64,000 nucleotides of DNA from Myxococcaceae bacterium (GTDB lineage: Bacteria > Myxococcota > Myxococcia > Myxococcales > Myxococcaceae). Below the pieces are notes generated by a model. The model was not told the DNA's origin. It did not search any database and saw only the letters and a program-made list of their open reading frames with translations. Of the stretch, positions 26,837 through 36,820 are shown piece by piece. Position numbers and translations under genes: made by a program. Positions within the stretch are counted from its first letter, which is position 1. The number at the start of each line of letters is the position of its first letter. The stretch lies in the NCBI GenBank assembly GCA_016793095.1, contig JAEUJQ010000037.1, positions 140,244 through 204,243 on the forward strand, read 5' to 3'.

Positions 26837-28269
26837 GCATCGCCCCGCCTCAGGGAGCTCACCACCTCACCCCGGGCGTCCACCAGCGACACCTCGAGCG
26901 GCATCTTCCCCATCGCGTGCGTGGCGCAGGACAGGCAGGGGTCGAACGCGCGCACCGCGACCTCGACGTGGTTGAGCAGCCCCTCGGTGATGCGGTGGCC
27001 CTCGATGTACTGCCGGGCGACGGAGCGGATGGCCTCGTTCATCGCCTGGTTGTTGTTGGTGGTGGAGACGATGAGGTTGCAGCGCGTGATGAGGTCGTCT
27101 TCGCCCACCTCGTAGTGGTGAATGAGGGTGCCGCGCGGCGCCTCGATGATGCCGACGCCTTCCCGCTGCCGCTCACCCGTCGAGACGAGCTCGCCCATCA
27201 CCAGCGCCTCGTCGTGCAGCAAGTGCTCGATGTCCTCGGCGCAGTGGAGCAGCTCCACCATGCGCGCCCAGTGGAACGCCAGCGGCGCGTGGTTGATGCC
27301 CGTCGTGCTGGCCAGGAAGTCCCTGCGGGCGGCCTCGGCCAGCGGCGTCGAGAGGCGGTCGCAGACCTGCAGCCGCGCGAGCGGGCCCACCTTGTACCAA
27401 CCCGACTCCGGGCCCATCGCCGCGAGGTACGGGAACTTCATGTACGACCAGGGCCGCACCTCCTCCTTGATGAGGTGGCGGTACGAGGAGGCGTCGAGGC
27501 CGTCGAACAGCACACGCCCGTCGGCGTCCTTCGCGCGCAGGCCACCGTCGTAGAGGTCGAGGGAGCCGTCCGCGGCCACGAGGCTGAGCAGCGCCGAGGG
27601 CACGGTGCCGAAGCCCTTGTGTCGCTCGACGTTCTTCAAGGTGAGCTCGCGCGCGAGCGCCACCGCGTCGAGCGACCACGCCTTGATGTCGGGGAGCTGC
27701 TTCAGGAAGGCGTCGCGCGCGTCGATGGCCAGGTGCCTGTTGACGCCGCCCGGAATCGCCCCGGTGCCGTGAATGCGCTTGCCGTACACGGCCTCGAGCA
27801 CCTGCTGCCCGAACTTGCGCAGCAGCACGCCCTTCTTCGCCAGTTCCGGGTGCTTCTCGACGAGGCCGATGAGGTTGCGCTTCGAGACGTCGCTGTCGAA
27901 GCCGAAGAGCAGGTCCGGCGAGGCGAGGTGGAAGAAGTGCAGCGCGTGCGACTGCAGCAGCTGGCCGGCGTGCATCAGCCGCCGCAGCTTGACGGCGGAC
28001 GGCGGGGGCACCGCGCCCACCACGGCGTCGAGCGCCTTCGCGGCGCAGAGGTTGTGCGAGACGGGGCAGATGCCGCAGAGGCGCTGCACCACCACCGGCA
28101 CTTCCCAGTACGGCCGGCCGACGATGAAGGCCTCGAAGCCGCGGAACTCGACGATGTGCAGCCGCGCCTCGTGCACGTGGCCGGCGTCGTCGAGCAGCAG
28201 CGTCACCTTGCCGTGCCCCTCGACGCGGGAGAGGGGGTCGATGGCGATGCGGCGCAGGGTCTCAGTCAT
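26833..28269 (-). CDS. hoxH: [NiFe]-hydrogenase large subunit, NAD-reducing/bidirectional type (group 3d-like HoxH).
   Basis: N-terminal RLCGICPVSH (L1 Ni-binding CxxC) and C-terminal DPCLSCATHAMG (L2 CxxC + His, the cleavage site for the maturation protease). Confidence 0.9.
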   Translation of the reverse strand: MTETLRRIAIDPLSRVEGHGKVTLLLDDAGHVHEARLHIVEFRGFEAFIVGRPYWEVPVVVQRLCGICPVSHNLCAAKALDAVVGAVPPPSAVKLRRLMHAGQLLQSHALHFFHLASPDLLFGFDSDVSKRNLIGLVEKHPELAKKGVLLRKFGQQVLEAVYGKRIHGTGAIPGGVNRHLAIDARDAFLKQLPDIKAWSLDAVALARELTLKNVERHKGFGTVPSALLSLVAADGSLDLYDGGLRAKDADGRVLFDGLDASSYRHLIKEEVRPWSYMKFPYLAAMGPESGWYKVGPLARLQVCDRLSTPLAEAARRDFLASTTGINHAPLAFHWARMVELLHCAEDIEHLLHDEALVMGELVSTGERQREGVGIIEAPRGTLIHHYEVGEDDLITRCNLIVSTTNNNQAMNEAIRSVARQYIEGHRITEGLLNHVEVAVRAFDPCLSCATHAMGKMPLEVSLVDARGEVVSSLRRGDA

Positions 28270-28801
28270 AACGAATGGCTCCCGGGGGCAGGCGGGGGTC
28301 GCGCCCCTCGAGCAGGTCGGACAAGAAGGCCCAGAAGGCGTCCGCCGGTGGCGGGCAGCCGGGCAGGAAGTAATCGACCTTCACCAGCTCGTGAATCGGC
28401 CGCACCTTGTCGAAGAGCGCGGGCAGCTCGGGGTCGTCCGGCACCACGCGGCGGGTGAGGCCGGGCTCCTCGAAGTACACGTGGCGCAGGAGGTCGCCGA
28501 CGTCGAACTGGTTGCGCTGCGCGGGCAGCCCCCCGTTGATGGCGCAGGCCCCCACGGCCACCAGCACCTTGCACTGCTTCCGGAACTCGCGGAGCACGTG
28601 CAGGTTGTCCTCGTTGCAGACGCCGCCCTCGACGAGGCCCACGTCACACGGGCCCGCGTGCTTGAGGTCGGTGAGCGGTGAACGGTCGAACGTCACCTTG
28701 TCGAGCAACGGCAGAATGCGCTCGTCGATGTCGAGGAACGACATGTGGCAGCCGAAGCAGCCGGCGAGCGACGTCGTGGCCACTCTCACCTTCGCCGTCA
28801 T
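28262..28801 (-). CDS. hoxY: [NiFe]-hydrogenase small subunit (HoxY, proximal 4Fe-4S).
   Basis: An internal Met of ORF 28262..29059 gives MTAKVRVATTSLAGCFGCHMSFLD ... GACAINGG ... YFLPGCPP. The Cys pattern matches short group-3 small subunits. The upstream 86 codons are Arg-rich artefact. Confidence 0.8.
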   Translation of the reverse strand: MTAKVRVATTSLAGCFGCHMSFLDIDERILPLLDKVTFDRSPLTDLKHAGPCDVGLVEGGVCNEDNLHVLREFRKQCKVLVAVGACAINGGLPAQRNQFDVGDLLRHVYFEEPGLTRRVVPDDPELPALFDKVRPIHELVKVDYFLPGCPPPADAFWAFLSDLLEGRDPRLPPGAIRYD

Positions 28802-29511
28802 GACGTCTTCCCCTTCCCCTCCACGCGCTGCCGGGGCGACTCCACGTCGTGCGGGCGCTTGCCGATGGGGTCGGCGAAGCCGCGACGCTTCCAGAGGATG
28901 ACGCCCACCGGGCAGACGCTCATCGCCTTGTCGGTGGTGGCCATGCCCGTGTCGGCGAGGCGCCCCGACTCGGCGTTGACGATGAGGTGCTTGTCGAGGC
29001 CGCGGCCCGAGAGGGCGAACACGTCTTTCTTGTCCACGTCCGACGAGGCGCGCACGCACAGCTCGCAGAGGATGCAGCGGTTGAAGTCGAGCAGAATGTC
29101 GGGGTGCGACGCGTCCACCGGCCGCGTGGGTGACTCGTGCGCGAAGCCGGCCGAGGTGACGGCCAGGTCCTTCCCGAGTGACTGCAGAGTGCAGGCTCCG
29201 GACTTCTCGCAGCCCGGGCAGAAGTGGTTGCCCTCGACGAAGAGCATCTGCACCAGCGCCTGCCGGTCACGCGTGAGGGCCGCCGTGTTGCTCTCCACCA
29301 CCTGCCCGTCGGCGGCCTTCGTGGTGCACGAGGCCATCGCGCGGCCGTTCACCAGCACCGTGCAGACCCGGCATGAGCCGTGGGCGGGGAACTCGGGGTG
29401 CGCGCAGAGGAAGGGAATGAAGACGCCCGCCTTGCGCGCCGCCTCGATGATGGTCTGCCCCTCGTCGAAGGAGATGGCCACGCCGTCGAGGGTGAAGGTG
29501 GGGCGCGTCAT
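28798..29511 (-). CDS. hoxU: NAD-reducing hydrogenase diaphorase iron-sulfur subunit (HoxU; NuoG-N-terminal-like 2Fe-2S + 4Fe-4S).
   Basis: 2Fe-2S ferredoxin motif FLCAHPEFPAHGSCRVCTV. Then HFCPGCEKSGACTLQ and CILCELC 4Fe-4S motifs. Confidence 0.85.
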   Translation of the reverse strand: MTRPTFTLDGVAISFDEGQTIIEAARKAGVFIPFLCAHPEFPAHGSCRVCTVLVNGRAMASCTTKAADGQVVESNTAALTRDRQALVQMLFVEGNHFCPGCEKSGACTLQSLGKDLAVTSAGFAHESPTRPVDASHPDILLDFNRCILCELCVRASSDVDKKDVFALSGRGLDKHLIVNAESGRLADTGMATTDKAMSVCPVGVILWKRRGFADPIGKRPHDVESPRQRVEGKGKTS

Positions 29512-31253
29512 GGCTCGTCTCCCCGCGCGACGCGCGCCGCCGCGAGCGCCTTCTCGACGTCGAAGGCCGGTTGGAACTCGACGGACAGGCGGCGCTGGAG
29601 GTCGTCCTGGAACCGGTCGAGGTAGTGCCGCCAGCCGTTGGGCGCCGTCGCGCCGAGCCCGCAGTGCGACGTGTCACGCAACAGGCGCGTGAGCGTGTTG
29701 AGCTCGTTCAGCTCTGACTGCGAGCCCTGGCCGCGGCGCAGCTTGTCGAGGCTGCGGGTGGCGACGTGCGTGCCCACCCGGCACGGCGTGCAGAAGCCGC
29801 AGGACTCGTGCGCGAAGAAGTGGGCGTAGTTCACCACCACGTCGAGCAGGTCGCGCGAGTCGTTGAAGACGGCGATGGCTCCTGCGCAGGGCAGGTCTTC
29901 GAAGGCGAGGCGGCGGTCGAACATCGAGGGCGGCACCAGCTCGGCCGAGGGCCCGCCGACCTGCACGGCCTTCGTCCGCTCGGCCCCCGCGAGCGTCAGG
30001 ACCTCACGCAGCGTGGTGCCCCAGGGGACCTCGTAGATGCCGGGGCGCTCGACGTCGCCCGCCACCGAGAGCAGCTTGGTGCCCGACGACTGCGGCGTGC
30101 CCAGCGCGCCCCACGCGTCGAGGCCATTGGCGAACAGCCAGGCCGCGTCGGCGAACGTCTCGACGTTGTTCACGACGGTGGGCCGGCCGAGGTAGCCATG
30201 GGTGACGGGGAACGGCGGCTTGTGGCGCGGCACGCCGCGTTTGCCTTCCAGGGACTCGAGCAGGGCCGTCTCTTCGCCGCACACGTACGCGCCGGCGCCG
30301 AGGTGCACGTCGATGTCGAAGTCGAACCCACGTTCACCGGCGATGCTGGTGCCGAGCAGCTTCGCCGCCCGGCGCTGGTGCAGCACCTCGCGCAGGTGGG
30401 GGGCGAGGAACTCGTATTCTCCGCGCAGGTAGACGAAGCCTGCCGTCGCCCCCGTGAAGCGCGCCGCGATGGTCATGCCCTCGAACACGTGGTCCGCGTG
30501 GCGCATGAGCAGCAGCCGGTCCTTGAAGGTGCCCGGCTCGCCCTCGTCGGCGTTGCACACCACCACGCAGTCGTTGGGGGCGAGGCGACAGGTGTTCCAC
30601 TTGGTGGCGACCGAGAAGCCGGCGCCGCCGCGGCCGCGCAGCTTCGAGCCCTCGAGGACCGCGAGCACCCGCTCTGCCGGCTCGTGGAGCATCTTCTTCA
30701 GCGCCTCCCCCGGCGCGAGCGTCGCGCTCAACACCGGCCCCGCCTGGCGCACGCCGTCGTCCACCCGCAGCAGGTCCTGCGGCCACTCCTCGAGCGGGAG
30801 GTTCGCCTCGATGCAGCGCACCACCGCGTCGAGCCGCATGCCGGTGACGCGCGGCACGGCCTGGCCGTTCACGAGGATGGCGGGCGCCTGGTCGCACAGC
30901 CCCGTGCACGAGGTGAAGTCCACCGAGACGCGCCCGTCGCTCCGCACGCGGCCGCGCTTCACGCCGAGCCGGCGGCAGAGCGCACCCGCGACCTCACGGC
31001 TGCCCGCGAACTGGTCGGTGATGTTGTCGGACACCAGCACGCGGAAGCGGCCGACGGGAGAGAGGTGGAGGAAGGCGTAGAAGCCAGCGACGCCTTCCAC
31101 TCGCGCCCGGGGCAGGCCCAGACCGGCGGCGATCTCGGTGATGACGCGCGCGGGCAGCCAGTTGCCGCACTCCCGCTGCGCGTCCCTGAGAATCTGCACC
31201 AACCGGGTCGGGTCCCCCCGGTGCGCATCCAGGATGTCGGAGGTTGAGCGCAC
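29508..31253 (-). CDS. hoxF: NAD(H)-binding diaphorase subunit HoxF: a NuoE-like thioredoxin-fold 2Fe-2S domain fused to a NuoF-like FMN/NADH/4Fe-4S domain.
   Basis: NuoE-like C..C...C..C (TSCTGLCDQAP). NuoF-like GRGGAGFSVATKW, CNADEGEPGTFKDR, GAGAYVCGEETALLESLEG, ESCGFCTPCRVG. The longest ORF extends to 31397. I chose an in-frame GTG because the first about 48 codons are Arg-rich, but the start is uncertain. Confidence 0.8.
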   Translation of the reverse strand: MRSTSDILDAHRGDPTRLVQILRDAQRECGNWLPARVITEIAAGLGLPRARVEGVAGFYAFLHLSPVGRFRVLVSDNITDQFAGSREVAGALCRRLGVKRGRVRSDGRVSVDFTSCTGLCDQAPAILVNGQAVPRVTGMRLDAVVRCIEANLPLEEWPQDLLRVDDGVRQAGPVLSATLAPGEALKKMLHEPAERVLAVLEGSKLRGRGGAGFSVATKWNTCRLAPNDCVVVCNADEGEPGTFKDRLLLMRHADHVFEGMTIAARFTGATAGFVYLRGEYEFLAPHLREVLHQRRAAKLLGTSIAGERGFDFDIDVHLGAGAYVCGEETALLESLEGKRGVPRHKPPFPVTHGYLGRPTVVNNVETFADAAWLFANGLDAWGALGTPQSSGTKLLSVAGDVERPGIYEVPWGTTLREVLTLAGAERTKAVQVGGPSAELVPPSMFDRRLAFEDLPCAGAIAVFNDSRDLLDVVVNYAHFFAHESCGFCTPCRVGTHVATRSLDKLRRGQGSQSELNELNTLTRLLRDTSHCGLGATAPNGWRHYLDRFQDDLQRRLSVEFQPAFDVEKALAAARVARGDEP

Positions 31254-31423
31254 GCCGGGGCTGTCTGCACGCACCGCGCCGGAGGCTCGCCGGGGAACGT
31301 CGCGGAGATCAGCGCAACCCTTGCGTGCGACGCGGCAACCCGTTGGTTCTCTGCGCACAAACCTCGACCGTCCGAGGCCTTCTGGGAATAGGCTCACCGC
31401 TTCTTCCCTGGGGGTCTTGTCAC

Positions 31424-32587
31424 ATGCTCCTCATCGCGACGCTGGCTGCTGTGCTGGCACAGTCACCGGCTCCGACGTTGGCCGATCAAGCTCGCAAGGC
31501 CGACGGCGACACGAACCCGAAGATGGCCGTGCCTGACTTCACTACCACCGCCGGCAACGAGTCGCTCGCCGCGATGCTGGCGGGGTCGGTGGCGACGGAG
31601 ATCGATCGAACGGGCCTCTTCCAGGTCACCACGTCGGATCAGGTGCGCTCGCTCCTCTCGCTCGAGCGCCAGCGCCAGCTGCTCGGGTGCAACGACGACA
31701 GCTGCACGTCGAACATCGCCGGCCAGCTCGGGGTGGACTTCCTGGTGAACGGGCGCCTCACGCGGCTCACCGACCCGAAGAAGGCCACCACCGGGCTCAC
31801 GCTCGACCTGTCCATCGTCGAGGTGAAGTCGGGCAAGCGCGTCAGCTCGCGGGAGGTGAGCGGTACCAGCGAGGCCGATCTCGTGGGCAGGCTGACCGAG
31901 AACGTGGCGGCGCTCATCGCCCCGCTGCTGTCGGGCCGACAGGGCTTCATCGTCGTCATCGCGTCCGAAGACGGCTCCGTGGTGAAGGTCGATGGCACCC
32001 AGCTCGGGACGACGCCGATGACGCAGCGCCTCGCCGTGGCGGGCGGCCCTCACGTGCTGCGCATCGAGAAAGCCGGCTTCACGTCGGTGCAGAAGCAGGT
32101 TCGCGTCGCCCCGGACCAGGTCACCGAAGAGTCGATTCGCCTGGTGCCGAGCCCCGACTTCATCGACGCCTATGAGAAGAAGCAGTGGGGGCTGCGCATC
32201 GGCGCCTTCATCGCCACCGGGCTCGCCGTCGCGGGCATCGCGACCTTCGCCGTGATGCAGGGGCAGGCGCAGGCCTCGTACGGAGACCCCTCGTGCCCCG
32301 CCGGCGCAGGCGGCCTGCCCACCTGCTTCGCCGGGCTGCGCGCCTCGCTCGTCAGCATGGAGGACGCGTCGGTTCGCCAGGCTGCCGAGGCGATGAGGAA
32401 CCGCATCAACAGCCAGCTCGCCATCTCGTACGTGGCCGGGGGCGTCGGGCTCGCGTCGGCGGTGGCGGCGACAGTGCTGTTCCTCATCGGCGACGACCCG
32501 AACCGCTACCAGTCGTACCGGGGCCCGAAGACGTCGGCCTGGCTGCTCCCCTCGGGAGCCGGCGGCGTGTTCGCCTGGGACTTCTGA
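31424..32587 (+). CDS. PEGA-domain membrane/secreted protein. It has a signal peptide, a TolB-N/CsgG-like N-terminal domain, a PEGA domain and a C-terminal TM region.
   Basis: An internal Met gives MLLIATLAAVLAQSPA. The PEGA module is VKVDGTQLGTTPMTQRLAVAGGPHVLRIEKAGF. The C-terminal hydrophobic segments are GAFIATGLAVAGIATFAV and GVGLASAVAATVLFLIG. Confidence 0.65.
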   Translation: MLLIATLAAVLAQSPAPTLADQARKADGDTNPKMAVPDFTTTAGNESLAAMLAGSVATEIDRTGLFQVTTSDQVRSLLSLERQRQLLGCNDDSCTSNIAGQLGVDFLVNGRLTRLTDPKKATTGLTLDLSIVEVKSGKRVSSREVSGTSEADLVGRLTENVAALIAPLLSGRQGFIVVIASEDGSVVKVDGTQLGTTPMTQRLAVAGGPHVLRIEKAGFTSVQKQVRVAPDQVTEESIRLVPSPDFIDAYEKKQWGLRIGAFIATGLAVAGIATFAVMQGQAQASYGDPSCPAGAGGLPTCFAGLRASLVSMEDASVRQAAEAMRNRINSQLAISYVAGGVGLASAVAATVLFLIGDDPNRYQSYRGPKTSAWLLPSGAGGVFAWDF

Positions 32588-32719
32588 CTCCCTTCGCGAG
32601 CGGCGCGGCGGAGAGCCACCCGCGTCGTGGGCCGCTCCGGAGCCGACAGGCAGCGTCGATGGCAACGCCAGCTTGCCGACAGCCGCGCCAGCGCGTCGAT
32701 GACGGAATAGGGTAGGCCC

Positions 32720-34117
32720 ATGGCCAGGAACACGACCTACGACGAGCTCACCGTCGGCGCGAAGGCGTCGGTGCAGCGGCAGGTGACGGCGAACGATCTC
32801 TGGGCCTTCGCCCACGCGAGCGGCAACCTGAACCCGAAGGTGCTGCCCTCGTTCGACTCGGACGGCGACGGGAAGAGCGACGCGGTGGCGCCTTCGCTCT
32901 GGGCCGGCGCGCAGGTCTCTGCGGTGCTGAGCACGCGGCTGCCGGGCCCGGGCACGAAGTACGTCGCCCAGACCTACCGCTTCCCCGACCGCGCCCGCAT
33001 CGGCGAGACCGTCACCTCGACCGTCACCGTGAAGAAGAAGCTCCCCGACTGCCACGTCCTCCTCGAGACCGAGGTGCGGACGGCCGACGGCCGGGTCATC
33101 GCCATCGGAGAGGCCGAGGTCATCGCGCCTGCCCAGCGCATCGAGGTGCCCGACGAAGACCTGCCGCCGATGACGGTGGCGCGCCACCAGCACATCGAGC
33201 GCCTGATGCGCGCGTGTGAGCCGCTCGAGCCGCTCGCCACCGCCGTGGTGTGCCCGGAAGATGAGCCGTCCCTCGCCGGCGCGCTGCTGGGCATGAGGCA
33301 CGAGCTCATCCGTCCCGTGTTGATCGGCAACGTCGAGAAGATCCGCGCGGTGGCGAAGACGCTCGGTGCGTCGCTCGACGGCCTCGAGCTGCTCGAGGCC
33401 AACGGCGCGTTCCCAGCAGCCGACAAGGCAGTGCAGCTCGCGAACCAGGGCACCGTCCAGGCGGTGATGAAGGGCAGGCTGCACACCGACGAGCTGCTCA
33501 AGCCCATCGTCCGCAAGGAGGGCGGGCTCCGCGGCGTCCGGCGCATCAGCCACGTCTTCGTGATGGACGTGCCGGGCCTGCCCGAGCTGCTGCTCGTCAC
33601 CGACGCGGCCATCAACATCTCGCCGACGCTCGAGGAGAAGGTGGACATCGTGCAGAACGCCATCTTCCTCGCGCAGGCGCTGGGCTACGCGCAGCCGAAG
33701 GTGGGCGTGCTGTCGGCGGTCGAGGTGGTGAACCCGGCCATGCCCTCGACGCTCGACGCCGCCATCCTCTCGAAGATGGCGGAGCGCGGGCAGATCACCG
33801 GCGGCATCGTCGACGGCCCGCTCGCGATGGACAACGCGCTCTCGCTGCAGGCGGCGCGCACGAAGGGCATCACCTCGCTCGTGGCGGGGCGCGCGAACGT
33901 GCTGATGGTGCCCAACATCGAGGCTGGCAACATGCTCGCCAAGGAGCTCGCCTTCGTGGCGCACGCGGAAGGGCCGGGCCTCGTGGTGGGCGCGAAGGTG
34001 CCCATCATGCTGACGAGCCGGGCCGACGACGACAGCACCAGGCTCGCGAGCTGCGCGGTGGCCGTGCTCGAGGCCCACTTCCGCCGCACCGGGAAGTCCG
34101 CGGTCCCAGCGAGCTGA
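32720..34117 (+). CDS. Bifunctional MaoC-like (hotdog) dehydratase / phosphate acetyl- or butyryl-transferase (Pta/Ptb family).
   Basis: The N-terminal 140 aa has a hotdog/MaoC pattern. The C-terminal 320 aa is PTA_PTB-like (GRLHTDELL, ISHVFVMDVPG..LLLVTDAAINISP, VVNPAMPST, SRADD). Confidence 0.85.
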   Translation: MARNTTYDELTVGAKASVQRQVTANDLWAFAHASGNLNPKVLPSFDSDGDGKSDAVAPSLWAGAQVSAVLSTRLPGPGTKYVAQTYRFPDRARIGETVTSTVTVKKKLPDCHVLLETEVRTADGRVIAIGEAEVIAPAQRIEVPDEDLPPMTVARHQHIERLMRACEPLEPLATAVVCPEDEPSLAGALLGMRHELIRPVLIGNVEKIRAVAKTLGASLDGLELLEANGAFPAADKAVQLANQGTVQAVMKGRLHTDELLKPIVRKEGGLRGVRRISHVFVMDVPGLPELLLVTDAAINISPTLEEKVDIVQNAIFLAQALGYAQPKVGVLSAVEVVNPAMPSTLDAAILSKMAERGQITGGIVDGPLAMDNALSLQAARTKGITSLVAGRANVLMVPNIEAGNMLAKELAFVAHAEGPGLVVGAKVPIMLTSRADDDSTRLASCAVAVLEAHFRRTGKSAVPAS

Positions 34118-34189
34118 GCGAACCACGCAGCGGGGCGCGACGGGCAGGGGCGCCTCGCACCCGCTGTCCGCCCCGGAGACGGAGACGCC

Positions 34190-35272
34190 ATGCAACCCGC
34201 CATCCTCACGCTCAACGCCGGCAGCTCGACGGTGAAGTACGGCCTCTTCGCGCGCGACGGCGTGACCGAGCTCGCCCGCGGCACGCTCGAGCAGACCGGA
34301 GCGGCGGCGATGGCGAAGGCGCTCGAGGTGACACGCGACGCGAAGGTCCAGGTGGTGGGTGTGGGACACCGCGTGGTGCACGGCGGCCCGCGCTACGCGG
34401 CGCCCGCGCTCATCGACGAGGTGGTCGTGGAGGCGCTGCGGTCCTTCATTCCGCTGGCGCCGCTCCACCAGCCCCACAACGTCGCGGGCATCGAGGCCGC
34501 GCGCGCGGCCTTCTCAGCGGTGCCGCAGGTGGCGTGCTTCGACACCGCCTTTCATCGGGGCCACGCGCTGGTGGAGGAGGCGTACGCCCTGCCCCGACGC
34601 TTCTTCGACGAGGGCGTGCGCTCCTTCGGCTTCCACGGCCTGTCGTACCAGTTCATCGCCGGGCGGCTGTCAGACGTGGCGCCCGAGGTCCCGCGTGGCC
34701 GCGTGGTGGTGGCGCACCTGGGCAGCGGCGCGTCGATGTGCGCCATGGTCGGCGGCCGCAGCGTCGCCACCTCGATGGGCTTCTCGACGCTCGATGGGAT
34801 TCCGATGGGCACACGCACCGGCAGCCTCGACCCGGGCGTGCTGCTGTACCTGCTCGACCACCACAAGCTGTCCCTGAAGGACGTCGAGACGCTGCTGTAC
34901 AAGGAGTCGGGCCTCAAGGGGCTCTCGGGCGTGTCCAACGACATGCGCACGCTGCTCGCGAGCGACGCGCCGCACGCGAAGGAGGCCGTCGAGTACTTCG
35001 TGCACCACTGCGCGCGCATGGTGGCGTCGCTGGCCACCGCCGCCCAGGGCCTCGACGCGCTCGTCTTCACGGCCGGCATCGGCGAGCGCTCTGCCGTCGT
35101 TCGCGCGCGCATCGTCGCGAAGCTCGGGTGGCTCGGGCTCGCCGTGGACGCGGCGGCGAACGAACGAAACGCGACCGTCATCTCGACGCCCGCTTCACGC
35201 GCGAAGGTGCTGGTGGTGCCGACGAACGAAGAGCGCTGCATCGCCGAGGCCGTCGCCGCTCAGCTCGGCTGA
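34190..35272 (+). CDS. ackA: Acetate/propionate kinase (short form, 360 aa).
   Basis: ILTLNAGSSTVKYGLF, VGHRVVHGG, CFDTAFH, FHGLSYQ, VVAHLGSGASMCA, GTRTGSLDPG. It lies downstream of the phosphotransacylase gene. Confidence 0.85.
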   Translation: MQPAILTLNAGSSTVKYGLFARDGVTELARGTLEQTGAAAMAKALEVTRDAKVQVVGVGHRVVHGGPRYAAPALIDEVVVEALRSFIPLAPLHQPHNVAGIEAARAAFSAVPQVACFDTAFHRGHALVEEAYALPRRFFDEGVRSFGFHGLSYQFIAGRLSDVAPEVPRGRVVVAHLGSGASMCAMVGGRSVATSMGFSTLDGIPMGTRTGSLDPGVLLYLLDHHKLSLKDVETLLYKESGLKGLSGVSNDMRTLLASDAPHAKEAVEYFVHHCARMVASLATAAQGLDALVFTAGIGERSAVVRARIVAKLGWLGLAVDAAANERNATVISTPASRAKVLVVPTNEERCIAEAVAAQLG

Positions 35273-35298
35273 CGGGGCTCTCCTCGCCAACCGGCGGG

Positions 35299-36819
35299 TC
35301 AGGCGTCGTAGAGCGCGTCGACGTACGCGCACAGCAGGTCGCTCACCATGCCCTTGAAGGGCAGCGACGAGGCGAGCCCGTACACCGGCGCCATGCCGTC
35401 CTTCGCGGGCGGGCTGTCGCGCACGGCGTCCACCGAGGCGCGCAGGTCGGCGAGGAAGCGCTGCGCGACGCCCGGCTGGGTGTGGCGCAGCGTCACGCAC
35501 AGGTGCACCGCGGCCGGGTGCTGCAGGCCGTTGAGGCTCCAGCCGCGCTTCGCCATCTCGTCCAGCACCCGGTACACGTCTACGACGTCCGAGCGGAAGG
35601 CGATGACCCACAGCGGGTCTCCGATGACGCGCAGCTCGGGCATCGCCTCGATGCCCTTGCGGATCTCCCGCGCGGACTCCAGCACCGCGCGGGTGTGCGT
35701 GACGTAGCCCTCCCTGCCCAGCGACATCATGGTCGCCCAGGCAGCCGCGATGAGCGCGCCCGGGCGGCTGCCCGCGAAGCCCGGCGTCACGTACAGGCCA
35801 CCCGGCCACTCGGGCGTCGTGAAGTACTGCGCCCGGCGCAGCGCCCGGCCGCGGTAGAGCACCACCGAGCTGCCCTTCGCCGCGTAGCCGAACTTGTGCG
35901 TGTCGGCCGACATCGACGTCACGCCACGGAGCGAGAAGTCGAAGCGCGGCACCCGAAAGCCGGCGTCGGGCGCAAACGCGAGGATGAAGCCGCCCAGGCA
36001 CGCGTCGGTGTGGAAGCCGACGTGTCTCGCGTGCGCGTACTCCGAGAGCTCCTCGATGGGGTCGATGACTCCGTGCGGGAAGGAGACCGCCGAGCCCACC
36101 ATCACCAGCGTCGAGGAGTCGACCGCGGCCTTCATCGCCTCGACGTTCGCGCGCCCGTCGGCGTCCACCGGCACGCGCCGCATCTCGACGTCCATCGTGT
36201 GCGCGGCCTTGTCGAACGCAGGGTGCGCCGACACGGGCGCGACGATGTTGCCGTGGCGGACGCCGCGGTGGGCGCGCGCGAAGTCCCGGTACGCCTTCAT
36301 CGCCAGCATGATGCTCTCGGTGCCACCAGACGAGAGCGTGCCGCACACCACCTGCTCATCGACCTCGAGCCGTGGGTCGCCCCCCATCAACCTCGCGGTG
36401 AAGGCGACGAGGTCGGCCTCGAAGCGGGCCACGCTCGGCCAGACGTCGGCGTGCAGCGGGTTGGACTGGGAGTAGAGCGAGTAGACCTGGTCGAGGAAGC
36501 CGAGGTGCGCCGCGTCACCGTGGTACACGCCGCCCGAGACGCGGCCTTCGCGCCACTGCCCCTCTTCGCGTCGCGCGAACGTGCGGAGGACGTCGAGCAC
36601 CGCGTCCTGCGGCAGCCCCTTCTCTGGCAGCGCGTCGAAGGCGAGCTCGGTCGGCCGGTGCTTGCGGACGGACTCCTTCAACGAGTCGGCCACCTTCTTC
36701 TTCTCGGCGCGCACGAGGTTGCCCACCACCGGCAGCTTGTCGAGCACCACCTCGAGGCGGCGGGCGACGCCCTTCGGCAACCGGGAGAGGACGGCCTGCG
36801 CTGCGTCTGGAATCTGCAT
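35299..36819 (-). CDS. PLP-dependent group II decarboxylase-fold enzyme of the sphingosine-1-phosphate lyase family.
   Basis: LSSGGTESIMLAMKAYRDFA is nearly identical to the eukaryotic SPL TSGGTESILMACKAYRD motif. The PLP-Lys region is SADTHKFGYAAKGSS. I chose Met13 as the start so that it abuts the upstream gene's stop. Confidence 0.85.
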   Translation of the reverse strand: MQIPDAAQAVLSRLPKGVARRLEVVLDKLPVVGNLVRAEKKKVADSLKESVRKHRPTELAFDALPEKGLPQDAVLDVLRTFARREEGQWREGRVSGGVYHGDAAHLGFLDQVYSLYSQSNPLHADVWPSVARFEADLVAFTARLMGGDPRLEVDEQVVCGTLSSGGTESIMLAMKAYRDFARAHRGVRHGNIVAPVSAHPAFDKAAHTMDVEMRRVPVDADGRANVEAMKAAVDSSTLVMVGSAVSFPHGVIDPIEELSEYAHARHVGFHTDACLGGFILAFAPDAGFRVPRFDFSLRGVTSMSADTHKFGYAAKGSSVVLYRGRALRRAQYFTTPEWPGGLYVTPGFAGSRPGALIAAAWATMMSLGREGYVTHTRAVLESAREIRKGIEAMPELRVIGDPLWVIAFRSDVVDVYRVLDEMAKRGWSLNGLQHPAAVHLCVTLRHTQPGVAQRFLADLRASVDAVRDSPPAKDGMAPVYGLASSLPFKGMVSDLLCAYVDALYDA

Positions 36820-36820
36820 G

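Noticed and set aside
28262-29059. The 265-aa ORF as hydrogenase small subunit.
   Set aside because: The upstream 86 codons overlap hoxU out of frame and are Arg/Pro-rich. An internal Met at 28801 gives the expected roughly 180-aa HoxY with an ATGA overlap to hoxU.
29508-31397. Using the full 629-aa ORF as HoxF.
   Set aside because: The first about 48 codons are Arg-rich and unlike HoxF/NuoE N-termini. An in-frame GTG (31253) gives a conventional N-terminus. The true start remains uncertain (31274 is also possible).
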